From Candidatus Saccharimonadales bacterium (GTDB lineage: Bacteria; Patescibacteriota; Saccharimonadia; Saccharimonadales; DASZAF01), in NCBI GenBank assembly GCA_035480055.1, contig DATIIB010000006.1, positions 73,209-137,208 of the forward strand: DNA of 64,000 bases. Reading direction: 5' to 3'. Below the pieces are notes generated by a model. It was not told where the DNA came from. It saw only the letters and a program-made list of their open reading frames with translations, and did not search any database. Each line of letters begins with the position of its first letter. Position 1 is the stretch's first letter. Below, piece by piece: positions 8,969-18,192 of this stretch. The position numbers and the translations under genes are program-made.

Positions 8969-9655
8969 ATGATACTTACCCTTATTGAAAAAGAGCACTT
9001 ATTAGACAACGTATGGGCCTTTCGGTTTGAGCCGAGCGAGCCGCTGGAATGGATGGCTGGGCAATATGTCAGCGTTGAGTTGCCGCATAAAGATCCTGAC
9101 GGCGAAGGCACGCGGCGTTGGTTTACCATTTCGTCTGCGCCTTACGAAAAAATCCTGCAGATTACCACCCGCGTGACACAAAGTACGTTTAAACAGGCAT
9201 TGTCGCAGCTGAATGTTGGCGACACTGCGCTGCAACTGCTGGACAAACCGCATGGTGATTTTGTGTGGGAAGATTCAGACAAACCGCTGGTCTTTGTGGC
9301 CGGCGGTATTGGTATTACCCCTTTTCATAGCATGCTAAAGCAGCGAGCGCATGAGAATCTGCCGCTGCACGTAACGCTTATATACGCCAGCCGCACCCCA
9401 GAAGTCCCATTCAAGGATGAGCTGCAGGCCTGGATAGAGAAAGATCCGCAGTTTAAGGTGCAGTACGTGGTAGGCGAGCCGCTCACTGCTGCACGCCTAA
9501 TGGCATTAGTACCAACTCTTAACCAGTCGCTTGTATATCTTACCGGCCCGCAACCATTGGTGGTGCCACTCGCCGACGACCTTGAGGCGCAAGGTTTACC
9601 CGAAGCCCAGCTCAAGCAAGATTTCTTCCCGGCCTACACCAAGCATAATTATTAA
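8969..9655 (+). CDS. FNR-like FAD/NAD(P)-binding oxidoreductase
   Basis: RRWFTISS is an RxYS-type FAD motif and GGIGITPF is an NAD(P)-binding motif. Confidence 0.75.
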   Translation: MILTLIEKEHLLDNVWAFRFEPSEPLEWMAGQYVSVELPHKDPDGEGTRRWFTISSAPYEKILQITTRVTQSTFKQALSQLNVGDTALQLLDKPHGDFVWEDSDKPLVFVAGGIGITPFHSMLKQRAHENLPLHVTLIYASRTPEVPFKDELQAWIEKDPQFKVQYVVGEPLTAARLMALVPTLNQSLVYLTGPQPLVVPLADDLEAQGLPEAQLKQDFFPAYTKHNY

Positions 9656-9758
9656 AATTTGACGATCGCTTTCCACTCAGGGCATACTGGAATTACAGCG
9701 TGCGGCAGATTTTTCCTGTACTGTTTAGGCAAATATAAGCTAAGCAAGGAGGTTAATT

Positions 9759-10661
9759 ATGACACATTCTTTAATCTCAACCGAGGAGCTCTCTTATCGC
9801 AAAAGAGTTTGGCTGCTTGGAACAAATATGGCCTACGTGGATGTCGGCGAAGGTGACCCAATCGTCTTTTTGCACGGCAACCCTACGCCATCGTATCTTT
9901 GGCGGAACATTATTCCCTATGTGCTGCCATTCGGGCGATGTTTGGCGCCTGATTATGTCGGAATGGGCAACTCAGGCGCAGCGCCAGATGGATCGTATCG
10001 GTTTGTAGATCACCAGCGCTACTTGGATGCCTGGTTTGAAGCCCTTGGTTTAGAGAAGAATGTTATTTTGGTGGTCCATGATTGGGGTTCGGCGTTGGGA
10101 TTCTCTTGGGCGCAGCGTCATCCTGAACGGGTGAAGGCGATTGTGTACATGGAATCGATTGTTCGCCCATTTTTTTCATGGGACGAATGGCCAGAAGCGA
10201 CTCGTGAATTCTTTAAACGCCAGCGCACGCCAGAGGGTGAGGATCTGATCCTTCAGAAAAATCTCTTTATCGAGTACCTTTTGCCGTTGCGCAATATTTC
10301 TGCCGATGCCATGGAAGTGTACCGGCGGTACTTTAGGAATCCTGGGCCTTCGCGAATGCCAATGCTGACGTGGACCCGAGAACTCCCGATCGAGGGTGAG
10401 CCAAAGGACGTTACACGGATTGTTGAGTCGTATTCTCAGTGGTTGGCGCAGAGCAGTTCTCTGCCCAAGCTCTTTATCGACGCCGATCCAGCCGGCTTTT
10501 TAATTGGCGCCCAGCGTGACTTTTGCCGGAAGTGGCCCAACCAGCAAACCGTGGTGGTCAAAGGATCACACTTTCTGCAAGAAGACGCACCCGATGAAGT
10601 TGGCGAGGCTACAGCCCGGTTTATAGCCAAAGTGCTCGCCGGGCAAATATCGTCAACCTAA
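9759..10661 (+). CDS. haloalkane dehalogenase (HLD-II type alpha/beta hydrolase)
   Basis: Three motifs support the call: FLHGNPTPSYLWRNIIP, the nucleophile context VVHDWGSALGF, and the C-terminal GSHFLQEDAPDE. AAGGAGG lies upstream of the ATG. Confidence 0.85.
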   Translation: MTHSLISTEELSYRKRVWLLGTNMAYVDVGEGDPIVFLHGNPTPSYLWRNIIPYVLPFGRCLAPDYVGMGNSGAAPDGSYRFVDHQRYLDAWFEALGLEKNVILVVHDWGSALGFSWAQRHPERVKAIVYMESIVRPFFSWDEWPEATREFFKRQRTPEGEDLILQKNLFIEYLLPLRNISADAMEVYRRYFRNPGPSRMPMLTWTRELPIEGEPKDVTRIVESYSQWLAQSSSLPKLFIDADPAGFLIGAQRDFCRKWPNQQTVVVKGSHFLQEDAPDEVGEATARFIAKVLAGQISST

Positions 10662-10747
10662 AAGCTGCCTTTGCAGGCGCAAGCGCAAGTGTTGTATTTT
10701 GTTGTCTGCCGAATTGTTGTAAGCTATAACAAATAAGGACAATCACC

Positions 10748-11929
10748 ATGCGCAAAGTGTCAGCAATTACCACTGGTGTAATAGGAGGGGCGTTGTTGTG
10801 CGGCGCGTTGGCTTGGCTGGTACCGAATCCAGTCAAGACCGATGGACTTCACTTCCATGTCTTTTTGAGCGCGGCTCTGGCAATGGCCATGCTTTTTATA
10901 GGAGCGAGCGCGCTCTTTGCGACCGGACTTGCTGGCTTTACTCCTAAGCTAAAGCGGGCATATCGATTGGTATGTATTGGCGTGGGTTTGTTTGGGCTTG
11001 CGCAGTTGCAACTGCCATTGACAGTTCTTGAGAACAACCAGGCCAGCTGGCATCGTCTTGATTTTATGCCAGTAGTGTTTTTTGCGGCAATCCTGACGTT
11101 ATTTTTGGGAATTAGAGCTTTTGCCAAACTATTTGGCATTAAGGGAATGAGCATGACGTGGTGGGCGCCGCTTCTAGTGTTTATCATACTTGCGAGTATT
11201 GCGGTCGCCTTGCCGCATCCGCCATCGCCAAACAGCGAGTTCCAGTTTGATGGCGCAAATGTATTTACTCTGTATATTGCCTCGTTTGTGTTGTTCGGCG
11301 AATGGCAACTTATCCAAGTTAAGCGAGCGGCAGGTGCGGCATATACCAATGCACTGGCCTGGTTGATCATTGGCTTTGGAGTAATTTATGCAGCCGGAAT
11401 TGCCACCGTGGTTGTGTCGCTCGCTGTAGGAAGCGGTCCCTGGTATATCGATATTTTTGACGTATTAGTACCATTTACCATTGCCGCCCTCCTGTTTATT
11501 CGAGCAGCATATAGTTTTAATTTTATTAGCACCACTGAACATGTTGAGACGCTGGGCACATCGCAAAGCTTCTTTGGCAATGCGCGTTCCACAGCTCGCT
11601 CAGCGAATGAGTCCGTCTCGTCCATTGACATTGTGGTTCTGGCGGCCAGCCTCGTTTCTAACCCGCGTGAAATCGACCCAATCCTGGATGGACTACGCGC
11701 ACTTACCTCTAAGTTACCTGTCGGCGCTCGGCCTTCAGCAGCGCAGGACGTTGAGTTACAACGTTTATACATGCAGATCGAGGATTATTTAGTCCACAAA
11801 GAGCAGGTACGATCGTTTACACGCGTTGATATTCGACAGCGAATCGGGAGCCAGCTGCAACTTGGAGCGGACAGCGCGACGTTTTGGACAGCGCTTCCAG
11901 AAGTAAAAGACTCATCTGCACATGCCTAA
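10748..11929 (+). CDS. polytopic membrane protein with a soluble C-terminal region (hypothetical)
   Basis: 393-aa ORF with about 8 hydrophobic segments followed by about 120 polar residues. Its stop overlaps the next gene's start (ATGCCTAA). Confidence 0.65.
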   Translation: MRKVSAITTGVIGGALLCGALAWLVPNPVKTDGLHFHVFLSAALAMAMLFIGASALFATGLAGFTPKLKRAYRLVCIGVGLFGLAQLQLPLTVLENNQASWHRLDFMPVVFFAAILTLFLGIRAFAKLFGIKGMSMTWWAPLLVFIILASIAVALPHPPSPNSEFQFDGANVFTLYIASFVLFGEWQLIQVKRAAGAAYTNALAWLIIGFGVIYAAGIATVVVSLAVGSGPWYIDIFDVLVPFTIAALLFIRAAYSFNFISTTEHVETLGTSQSFFGNARSTARSANESVSSIDIVVLAASLVSNPREIDPILDGLRALTSKLPVGARPSAAQDVELQRLYMQIEDYLVHKEQVRSFTRVDIRQRIGSQLQLGADSATFWTALPEVKDSSAHA

Positions 11930-12872
11930 AGCACCTCTTCGTCTCGCCGTCATTGATGTGGGTACCTTAAAGTGCAAGTTTGAGGTACGCGAATTTGATT
12001 CTCAAGGCAAAAGTACGGTACTGCATCGTGATAAGAAGTTAACCGTACTTGGTCGCGACTTACCCAAAACGAATAATCGTATTATCGAAAGCTCCATTGC
12101 CGCTACTATCGCCGCGCTGCAGGAATTTAAAGAGGTCATGACTAAGCTTGGGGTGACCGATTGTACCTGCATTACCACCGAAGCGATTCGAAAAGCAGTC
12201 AATGCCGAGGAAGTTTTGGAGCGTATTTTTAAAGAGACAGCGTTAGAACTAAAGATCATGACGCATGACGACGAAGCGCGCACTTTCTTTTCGCATCTCA
12301 CTAAAAAGTTTCCAGGCAAGAAGATCGCCGTGGCTGATATTGGTGGCGGCAGTGTGCAGTTAGTAATCGGGCACGACCAAACAATTGCGGATGCCTTTCT
12401 TTTCAAAAGCGGCACGTACTTTATGCAGGAGTTTTCGGCAACGCATCATCCCACGCACAGTGAACTTGCTGCTGCCAAAAAATATGTGCAAAAAGAATTT
12501 GTCCCGCTTGCGCGCAAGAAACACCAAGTAGATGAGCTGATTTATGGAAGCACAAATATCATTGATGTTATGCAAGCAGTTGGCGCCGCATTGCAGCCTT
12601 CGCATTACGCCGAGCCGCATCTGTATCGTGTGCATCGTGATGAGTTAGAAAAGCTGTATCAAAGAATCACCGTGCTCCCTTATGAAGCGCGCATGTCGAT
12701 GTATCCTGACGAACCGTATTACATGTGGTCAATGGATAACGCTTTGATTAACCTCTTTGCTTTTATGGATATTCTTGGTGTCGATACGGTTATCCCGACT
12801 AATGAAAATATTTCGAGCGGGCTTTTTAGCCAGCTGCTCGAGCTGCATGAAAGAAGCAGCTTATGTCTGTAA
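11922..12872 (+). CDS. Ppx/GppA family phosphatase (two-domain short form)
   Basis: ASKHA motifs AVIDVGTLKCKF and ADIGGGSVQLVIG are present. The 316-aa protein has no C-terminal HD-like extension. Confidence 0.8.
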   Translation: MPKAPLRLAVIDVGTLKCKFEVREFDSQGKSTVLHRDKKLTVLGRDLPKTNNRIIESSIAATIAALQEFKEVMTKLGVTDCTCITTEAIRKAVNAEEVLERIFKETALELKIMTHDDEARTFFSHLTKKFPGKKIAVADIGGGSVQLVIGHDQTIADAFLFKSGTYFMQEFSATHHPTHSELAAAKKYVQKEFVPLARKKHQVDELIYGSTNIIDVMQAVGAALQPSHYAEPHLYRVHRDELEKLYQRITVLPYEARMSMYPDEPYYMWSMDNALINLFAFMDILGVDTVIPTNENISSGLFSQLLELHERSSLCL

Positions 12873-13498
12873 TTAAAGATTTTTTTGCCCGTTACCCCAC
12901 CAAGACTTTTGCAAAGGGCGAGGTGCTTATTCAGGCAGAGAGCGAACCTCCGGGCATTTTTTATATACGTGAAGGACGAATAAGCCAATACGACATCGCT
13001 TCTAGCGGCAGGACGATTGTGGTAAATGTCTTTACGCCAGCTGCATTTTTTCCAATGAGTTGGGCGATCAACAGGACGCCAAACCATTACTTCTTTGAAG
13101 CCATGACCGAAGTGATAACTTACCAAGCGCCAGCTGAAGATGTGGTGGCATTCTTGCGGGATAATCAGGACGTTCTGTTTGATTTGCTCTCACGAGTGTA
13201 TCGAGGAACCGACGGTTTGCTCCGCCGAATAGCCCACCTTATGGGCGGGGATTCTCGGACACGTCTACAATTCGAATTGCTCAATGCGGCATATCGCTTT
13301 GGAGAGACACGGCCTGATGGCATGGTCTTTGTGCCGCTTAAAGAGAGCGATCTGGCACAATCGTCCGGGCTCGTCCGCGAAACAGTCAATCGTACTATCC
13401 ATCGTCTGAAAGTTGCCGGTCTGATTACGGTGACGCACCAGGGGTTTATTCTTCGTGATCTGGCTGAACTCGAGCGAACCTTGGGCGACGAACTATAG
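12863..13498 (+). CDS. Crp/Fnr family transcriptional regulator
   Basis: The N-terminal cNMP-binding beta-barrel pattern is FAKGEVLIQAESEPPGIFYIREGRI. The C-terminal HTH is QSSGLVRETVNRTIHRLKVAGLI. The gene overlaps the upstream gene by 10 nt. Confidence 0.85.
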   Translation: MSVIKDFFARYPTKTFAKGEVLIQAESEPPGIFYIREGRISQYDIASSGRTIVVNVFTPAAFFPMSWAINRTPNHYFFEAMTEVITYQAPAEDVVAFLRDNQDVLFDLLSRVYRGTDGLLRRIAHLMGGDSRTRLQFELLNAAYRFGETRPDGMVFVPLKESDLAQSSGLVRETVNRTIHRLKVAGLITVTHQGFILRDLAELERTLGDEL

Positions 13499-14065
13499 CT
13501 AACGGTTAAATTGTAAGAGCATCGCAAATGCAACCAGCGAGGCAAGTGCAACCCAAGCGAGGGTGTCGATATCTTTAGCAATCGCCTTCTTAACTAATTG
13601 GCGACCGCGTATACCAATGGGAAGATCGTTGGCGTTACTGCGCAGCCAAGCCCAGTTCACTAACAACAGCCCAGTAAGACAGAAGATGCACAGGATACAG
13701 AGAGCATGTATCCGATAGATACTTTGCCACAAAAACCATAATGCGAAGCCAAGAACCAGCAGTGCAATGACCTGAATGCTTAATCGAAGGCGGCGTCCCA
13801 GATTTCCACCACTAAGCCCAACCAGTCCGATGCTTGCAAAAATCGTAAAGAAAGTCAGACACATGAGCGAATTTGGGAAACCAAACACCGAGCTTTGCCA
13901 GGCGTTAAGCACATTCGTACAATTAAAAATGCTATTGAGATCACAGGGAAGCACCTGGCCGCTGTGCTGTAAGAGTTTGATTTTTTCGATTGATTGCAAA
14001 AAGGCCGCAACCATTCCGAGCAAACCTCCTAAAGTCATGAACGCGTAAATTGATCGTTTTTTCAT
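13499..14065 (-). CDS. vitamin K epoxide reductase (VKOR) family protein
   Basis: The start is placed at MKKRS (ATG 14065), which is preceded by GAGGT. The protein has the loop cysteines PCDLNSIFNC and a CILC redox motif inside a TM helix. Confidence 0.75.
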   Translation of the reverse strand: MKKRSIYAFMTLGGLLGMVAAFLQSIEKIKLLQHSGQVLPCDLNSIFNCTNVLNAWQSSVFGFPNSLMCLTFFTIFASIGLVGLSGGNLGRRLRLSIQVIALLVLGFALWFLWQSIYRIHALCILCIFCLTGLLLVNWAWLRSNANDLPIGIRGRQLVKKAIAKDIDTLAWVALASLVAFAMLLQFNR

Positions 14066-14146
14066 ACAAATTACCTCTACCGGATACCATAGCAGTATCG
14101 CCAAAAGCCGCCAGTGACCTACGTCATAGCGTTTTCGAGATGGCGT

Positions 14147-14569
14147 TTACTCAGCTGCTTCAATCGTGCAGAGTTTTTCGGTAATCCGGTGTAAGGTCTG
14201 ACGCTCTTCGGCACTTAACTTTTCGCAGTTGAGCTTGGCTGGCAAAGCTTCCTGGAGCGTATGCACGATCTGTGTGCCTTTATCGGTCAGGCGGAGGTTT
14301 TTAGTGCGGCGATCACGTACGTTTTCTTCCCTAGTGATGAGCTGTTGATTAACCAATCGATCCACAATACCGGTCACGTTTGAGGCATCGCAGTGTAGTA
14401 CGTCGGCAGCTTGGCGCATGGCCAGCTCACCATGCAAGCTGATAGAGTAGAGCGCAAAAAGTTGGACACGCGTTAAGCCCTGCGCTTCGGCGAGCGAGAG
14501 CGCACAGATCTTGACACGGTCCAATAACTGGAACAGGTCTTGGGCTACTTGTTGGGTAGAAATTTCCAT
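14147..14569 (-). CDS. MarR family transcriptional regulator
   Basis: The start is placed at MEISTQQ (14569). The longer track ORF (to 14821) would overlap the divergent MFS gene. The wHTH region reads MRQAADVLHCDASNVTGIVDRLVNQQLITREENVRDRR. Confidence 0.8.
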   Translation of the reverse strand: MEISTQQVAQDLFQLLDRVKICALSLAEAQGLTRVQLFALYSISLHGELAMRQAADVLHCDASNVTGIVDRLVNQQLITREENVRDRRTKNLRLTDKGTQIVHTLQEALPAKLNCEKLSAEERQTLHRITEKLCTIEAAE

Positions 14570-14611
14570 AATTCTATCGAGAGTATAGCACATTTTTAAA
14601 AAATTAGTTGA

Positions 14612-14659
14612 TAACATCAAGTATTTGTGTATAGTAATACTTTGTAACATCAAGTATTT
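14612..14659. promoter_or_regulatory. candidate MarR operator: 15-bp direct repeat TAACATCAAGTATTT x2 containing AATACTT/AAGTATT inverted half-sites
   Basis: Repeat copies lie at 14612-14626 and 14645-14659, a 33-bp offset. They sit in the divergent MarR/MFS intergenic region and overlap a TATAGT -10-like box at 14630-14635. Confidence 0.5.
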
Positions 14660-14680
14660 TCGTAAGCAGGAAAACAAACT

Positions 14681-16159
14681 ATGATTGAGAAAGTAAAACA
14701 TAAAGGATTGGCGCTGGCAGTGCTTGCTGCAGCCCAATTCATGGTAATTTTGGACGCCACAATTGTGAACGTTGCCTTGCCAGCGATTCAAAAGGCGCTT
14801 GGCTTCTCGAACGATTCCCAATTGCAGTGGGTCGTAACGGCCTATGCGTTGGTCTTTGGTGGCTTCTTGCTGCTGGGCGGCCGATTGGCTGACCTTTTTG
14901 GTCGCCGAAAAGTGTTCATAGCCGGAGTGGGGTTATTTGCCGCCGCTTCACTGATTGGCGGGTTGTCGCAAAGCCCAACAATGCTCATTGTCTTCCGCGC
15001 TTTGCAAGGTTTGGGCGGGGCATTGCTTGCGCCATCCGCTTTGTCGCTGGTGCTGACGATCTTCCGTGAAGGCCAAGAACGCAACCGTGCGCTTGGCATC
15101 TGGAGTATGATCTCTGGCGGTGGTGGCGCAGTGGGATTGCTGCTCGGTGGCGTGCTGACACAGTACGTTGACTGGCGCTGGATCTTCTTCATTAACGTTC
15201 CAATCGCCATTGGTGTGATGGCCATGGCTATGAAGTATGTGCCAAAGAGCACGCCGCAAGAAAGAGAATCCATCGACTTTGCTGGCGCAATTACAGTAAC
15301 CGGCAGTTTGATGAGCCTGGTGTATGCGCTTGCCCAGGCGCCTGAAAAAGGCTGGGGCAGCAGTGTCACGCTGGGCACCTTTGCACTCTCTGCAGTGCTG
15401 ATGGTGGCCTTTATCGTAAACGAGCTGCGAGTGCGTCATCCACTGATGACCCTGAGCATCTTCAAGCGCCGCAATGTCACTGGCGGTTCATTGATCCAGC
15501 TCTTTATGCCAGCTGCTTTGTTCGGAATGTTCTTCTACCTCTCGATTTACTTGCAGCAAATTCTGCATTACTCACCAACAATGACCGGTGTGGCTGATCT
15601 GCCCTTTACCTTGATCTTGATCGCGGTGGCAGGTGTGCTGTCCCAAAAGATTGGCAAGTTGAATGCCAAAGCTGTGCTGATAATTGCACCATTAATCGTT
15701 GGTGCAGGGCTGATGTTCTTTGCCCGAGTACCAGTGCATGCCAACTATTGGACAGACATTTTGCCAGGCATCGCGCTGATGTCCATGGGAATGGCCGCCG
15801 TTTTTGTGACTACCACTTTGGTGACCACTAGCGGCATCTCGCACAAAGAATCTGGCTTGGTATCCGGCATCTTGAACACCGCCCAGCAAGTTGGTGGAGC
15901 GCTCGGCTTGGCCGTACTTGCCGTGGTCTCAACTGCGGTAACCAAGAGCGACCTGATTGCCTCGCACGGTAATCCAGCGGCAGTGCCGAACGCCTTGGTG
16001 CATGGCTTCCAGCGCGGATTCTTAACAGCAGTTTTGTTCGCTGTTGCGGCAAGTATTGTCGCTGCGACGATTCTGAAAGTGCGTAAAACCACCCAAGCTG
16101 ATCTCGACCAAGAGGCCGAAACCGAAGCTGAGTCATTGTCGGCAATCCCTGGTGTATAA
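14681..16159 (+). CDS. MFS transporter, DHA2 (EmrB/QacA-like, 14-TMS) drug:H+ antiporter family
   Basis: 492 aa with about 14 hydrophobic segments. The segment LGGRLADLFGRRKVF matches MFS motif A. Confidence 0.85.
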   Translation: MIEKVKHKGLALAVLAAAQFMVILDATIVNVALPAIQKALGFSNDSQLQWVVTAYALVFGGFLLLGGRLADLFGRRKVFIAGVGLFAAASLIGGLSQSPTMLIVFRALQGLGGALLAPSALSLVLTIFREGQERNRALGIWSMISGGGGAVGLLLGGVLTQYVDWRWIFFINVPIAIGVMAMAMKYVPKSTPQERESIDFAGAITVTGSLMSLVYALAQAPEKGWGSSVTLGTFALSAVLMVAFIVNELRVRHPLMTLSIFKRRNVTGGSLIQLFMPAALFGMFFYLSIYLQQILHYSPTMTGVADLPFTLILIAVAGVLSQKIGKLNAKAVLIIAPLIVGAGLMFFARVPVHANYWTDILPGIALMSMGMAAVFVTTTLVTTSGISHKESGLVSGILNTAQQVGGALGLAVLAVVSTAVTKSDLIASHGNPAAVPNALVHGFQRGFLTAVLFAVAASIVAATILKVRKTTQADLDQEAETEAESLSAIPGV

Positions 16160-16178
16160 CCAGTGATGTACGCAATCT

Positions 16179-16205
16179 AAAAAGGAGCAGCAATGCTCCT
16201 TTTTT
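16179..16205. terminator. bidirectional intrinsic terminator
   Basis: The sequence AAAAAGGAGCA-GCAA-TGCTCCTTTTTT has a 6-bp GC-containing stem and a 4-nt loop, with A-tract and T-tract flanks. It lies between convergent genes. Confidence 0.7.
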
Positions 16206-16214
16206 CGTGGTGTG

Positions 16215-17276
16215 TCACTTTGCAAGCGGCAATTCTAAAAATGTGGCATAGCGCTCGGCAGCCGCTTCAAGCGCTAGACTGATGGCTGCAGCTACTGGAC
16301 TAAATGGCGAGAACGCAACCGTTACTCCCCGCTTGGTAATGGTGCGTTTCCAGGTGCCAATCACCTGGCCATCCACCACGATGATTGGCTTGAACATGCC
16401 ATTGGCACCTGGATTAATGTGTGTTGCATGAGCGGCTTGCAGCACAGCGCTGCGGTCAGTGTAGCCAAGGAGGTATTCGTCAAAAGGCGGCAACAGATGC
16501 ACCGAGGATGAACGTGGCGTAATCTTTGGGATATGCCTGGGAAGCCAATATGTTTTGCCGTTAATGTCCTCTGACACCAAATGCGTTTTGGCAGCTTCTA
16601 ACCCAGCCCGAGCTTCGCTCACCAGCAGCCCAGACCACCATACAAAGTCTTGTAATGTTGCCGGTCCGTGACTGGTAAAATAGCGACGTGTGAGTTCGGC
16701 AAGCGCCTCGTCCCTCTGAAGTTCCTTTTGCTGAGGGACCCATTCGTCTAACAAAGTGAATGTCTGCTGCGTGCCACGCGGCGCTCCCAGACAGATCAAC
16801 GCGGTTTGCGCCGCATGCCATAGCAGGTGGTAGCCACGTTGATTAGCGGTCGCAAAACCAGCCGCTTCTAATGTACTCATGATTTCTTGGCGTGTAAGTT
16901 GTTTGCCGCCCTGCAACATCGCTGCAAGTAGCTCATGACCCTTGGCTAATGCTCTGGAGTCAAGGTCCAACTGTTCGTGGCGCCCTTTGGCCCGCGCGAT
17001 GATCCTCGGCGTCAGCAATGCCAGCATCCAACGTACGTCTTGCGATGCCACAAAGTGCAGTGTGCCTCGCATCGGCCACGTTCGGACAATGGATCTATCG
17101 TTGAGCGCTTGGATGATATCGCGGTCGGTACTGCCAGGAACTCGCAAGCCCACCGCCCACTTTGCACCCAGAAAATCCTGAGCTTGCATCGCTCCCATAT
17201 GCGCGACCAGCTCGCCAGGTGTCCGAAAACGAGATGCAGAAATCTGCTGAGTGATAAGACGGATCTGGTCAATCAT
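16215..17276 (-). CDS. winged-helix DNA glycosylase-like protein (HTH_42 / AlkZ-YcaQ family)
   Basis: The N-terminus ...GELVAHMGAMQAQDFLGAKWAVGLR... carries a Q-A-Q motif at residues 31-33. The 353-aa length is typical of the family. Confidence 0.7.
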   Translation of the reverse strand: MIDQIRLITQQISASRFRTPGELVAHMGAMQAQDFLGAKWAVGLRVPGSTDRDIIQALNDRSIVRTWPMRGTLHFVASQDVRWMLALLTPRIIARAKGRHEQLDLDSRALAKGHELLAAMLQGGKQLTRQEIMSTLEAAGFATANQRGYHLLWHAAQTALICLGAPRGTQQTFTLLDEWVPQQKELQRDEALAELTRRYFTSHGPATLQDFVWWSGLLVSEARAGLEAAKTHLVSEDINGKTYWLPRHIPKITPRSSSVHLLPPFDEYLLGYTDRSAVLQAAHATHINPGANGMFKPIIVVDGQVIGTWKRTITKRGVTVAFSPFSPVAAAISLALEAAAERYATFLELPLAK

Positions 17277-17331
17277 ACTCCTTAGTATATACAGCGCCGG
17301 TTGTATAAAAAGCCCAAAGCTGGTACAACTG

Positions 17332-18189
17332 ATGCAAATGTCTACCGATATAGACTCGGTTCGGCTCTACTTTGGCAAGTTAGGGCTTGAGCCGGAAATT
17401 GCCGATATTTATTTGGCCCTCCATGCCTATGGGCCGCAAAGCATCACTGCGCTTTCGCGTAACTCTCATATCGAGCGCACTCGAATCTATCGGTTAGCTG
17501 AATCGCTGCGGACATCGGGTCTGGTCGAGATCGAAAAGCACTACAAGCGTGAGATCTATAAAGCGGCACCCATTACTAATCTCCAAATCCTGCTTAGCAA
17601 AAAAGAGGAAGAGCTTCGGGAGCTGCATACCGAGCTCGCCAACATCCATAGCGCACTTGACAGTGATAGCCTTACTTCGCCGCTGACGCACGTGCAGTTT
17701 TACCGAGGAGTAGAAGGGACGAAGCAAATGTTTTGGAACCAAACCAGAGCCAAAACTGAAAACTTATGTATTCTGTACGAAAACATGCAGAACCGCGTTG
17801 GGGCAACTTTTTTTGATCGCTGGGTACGCAAGTGCAATGACCAAAACATTCATTTCAGAGGAATCATCAGCGAAGCCTTTATGCCTGGCCAGGAAAGCTG
17901 GTACAAAAAGCGGCGTAACGAGCGTTTGGAACATTGGGAACAACGTAGCGTTTCGAGCGCTGTGTTTCCAGTAACGCACTCTTGCGTCACCTACGACGAT
18001 GTAGTTGCCTATTATAACTGGAAAGACGGGGAAGTATTCGGCATCGAAATTTATAATCAAGAAATCGCCGACGCGCAGCGCCACTTTTTTGAAATGTTAT
18101 GGAATCTGGGAGAGAGCGTAAAAGATGTGAACTTGCCCAAAGGAAAGGCTGCGTTGGATGTGCCGCTGCAGTTCAAAGATAAAGAGTAG
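17332..18189 (+). CDS. TrmB-like HTH transcriptional regulator
   Basis: The internal ATG at 17332 avoids overlap with the divergent gene. The N-terminal wHTH reads IADIYLALHAYGPQSITALSRNSHIERTRIYRLAESLRTSGLVE. Confidence 0.6.
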   Translation: MQMSTDIDSVRLYFGKLGLEPEIADIYLALHAYGPQSITALSRNSHIERTRIYRLAESLRTSGLVEIEKHYKREIYKAAPITNLQILLSKKEEELRELHTELANIHSALDSDSLTSPLTHVQFYRGVEGTKQMFWNQTRAKTENLCILYENMQNRVGATFFDRWVRKCNDQNIHFRGIISEAFMPGQESWYKKRRNERLEHWEQRSVSSAVFPVTHSCVTYDDVVAYYNWKDGEVFGIEIYNQEIADAQRHFFEMLWNLGESVKDVNLPKGKAALDVPLQFKDKE

Positions 18190-18192
18190 AGC

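Noticed and set aside
9659-9856. 65-aa ORF overlapping the haloalkane dehalogenase start
   Set aside because: It overlaps a gene that has a strong SD, and it has no coding features. The region is better read as promoter plus 5' UTR.
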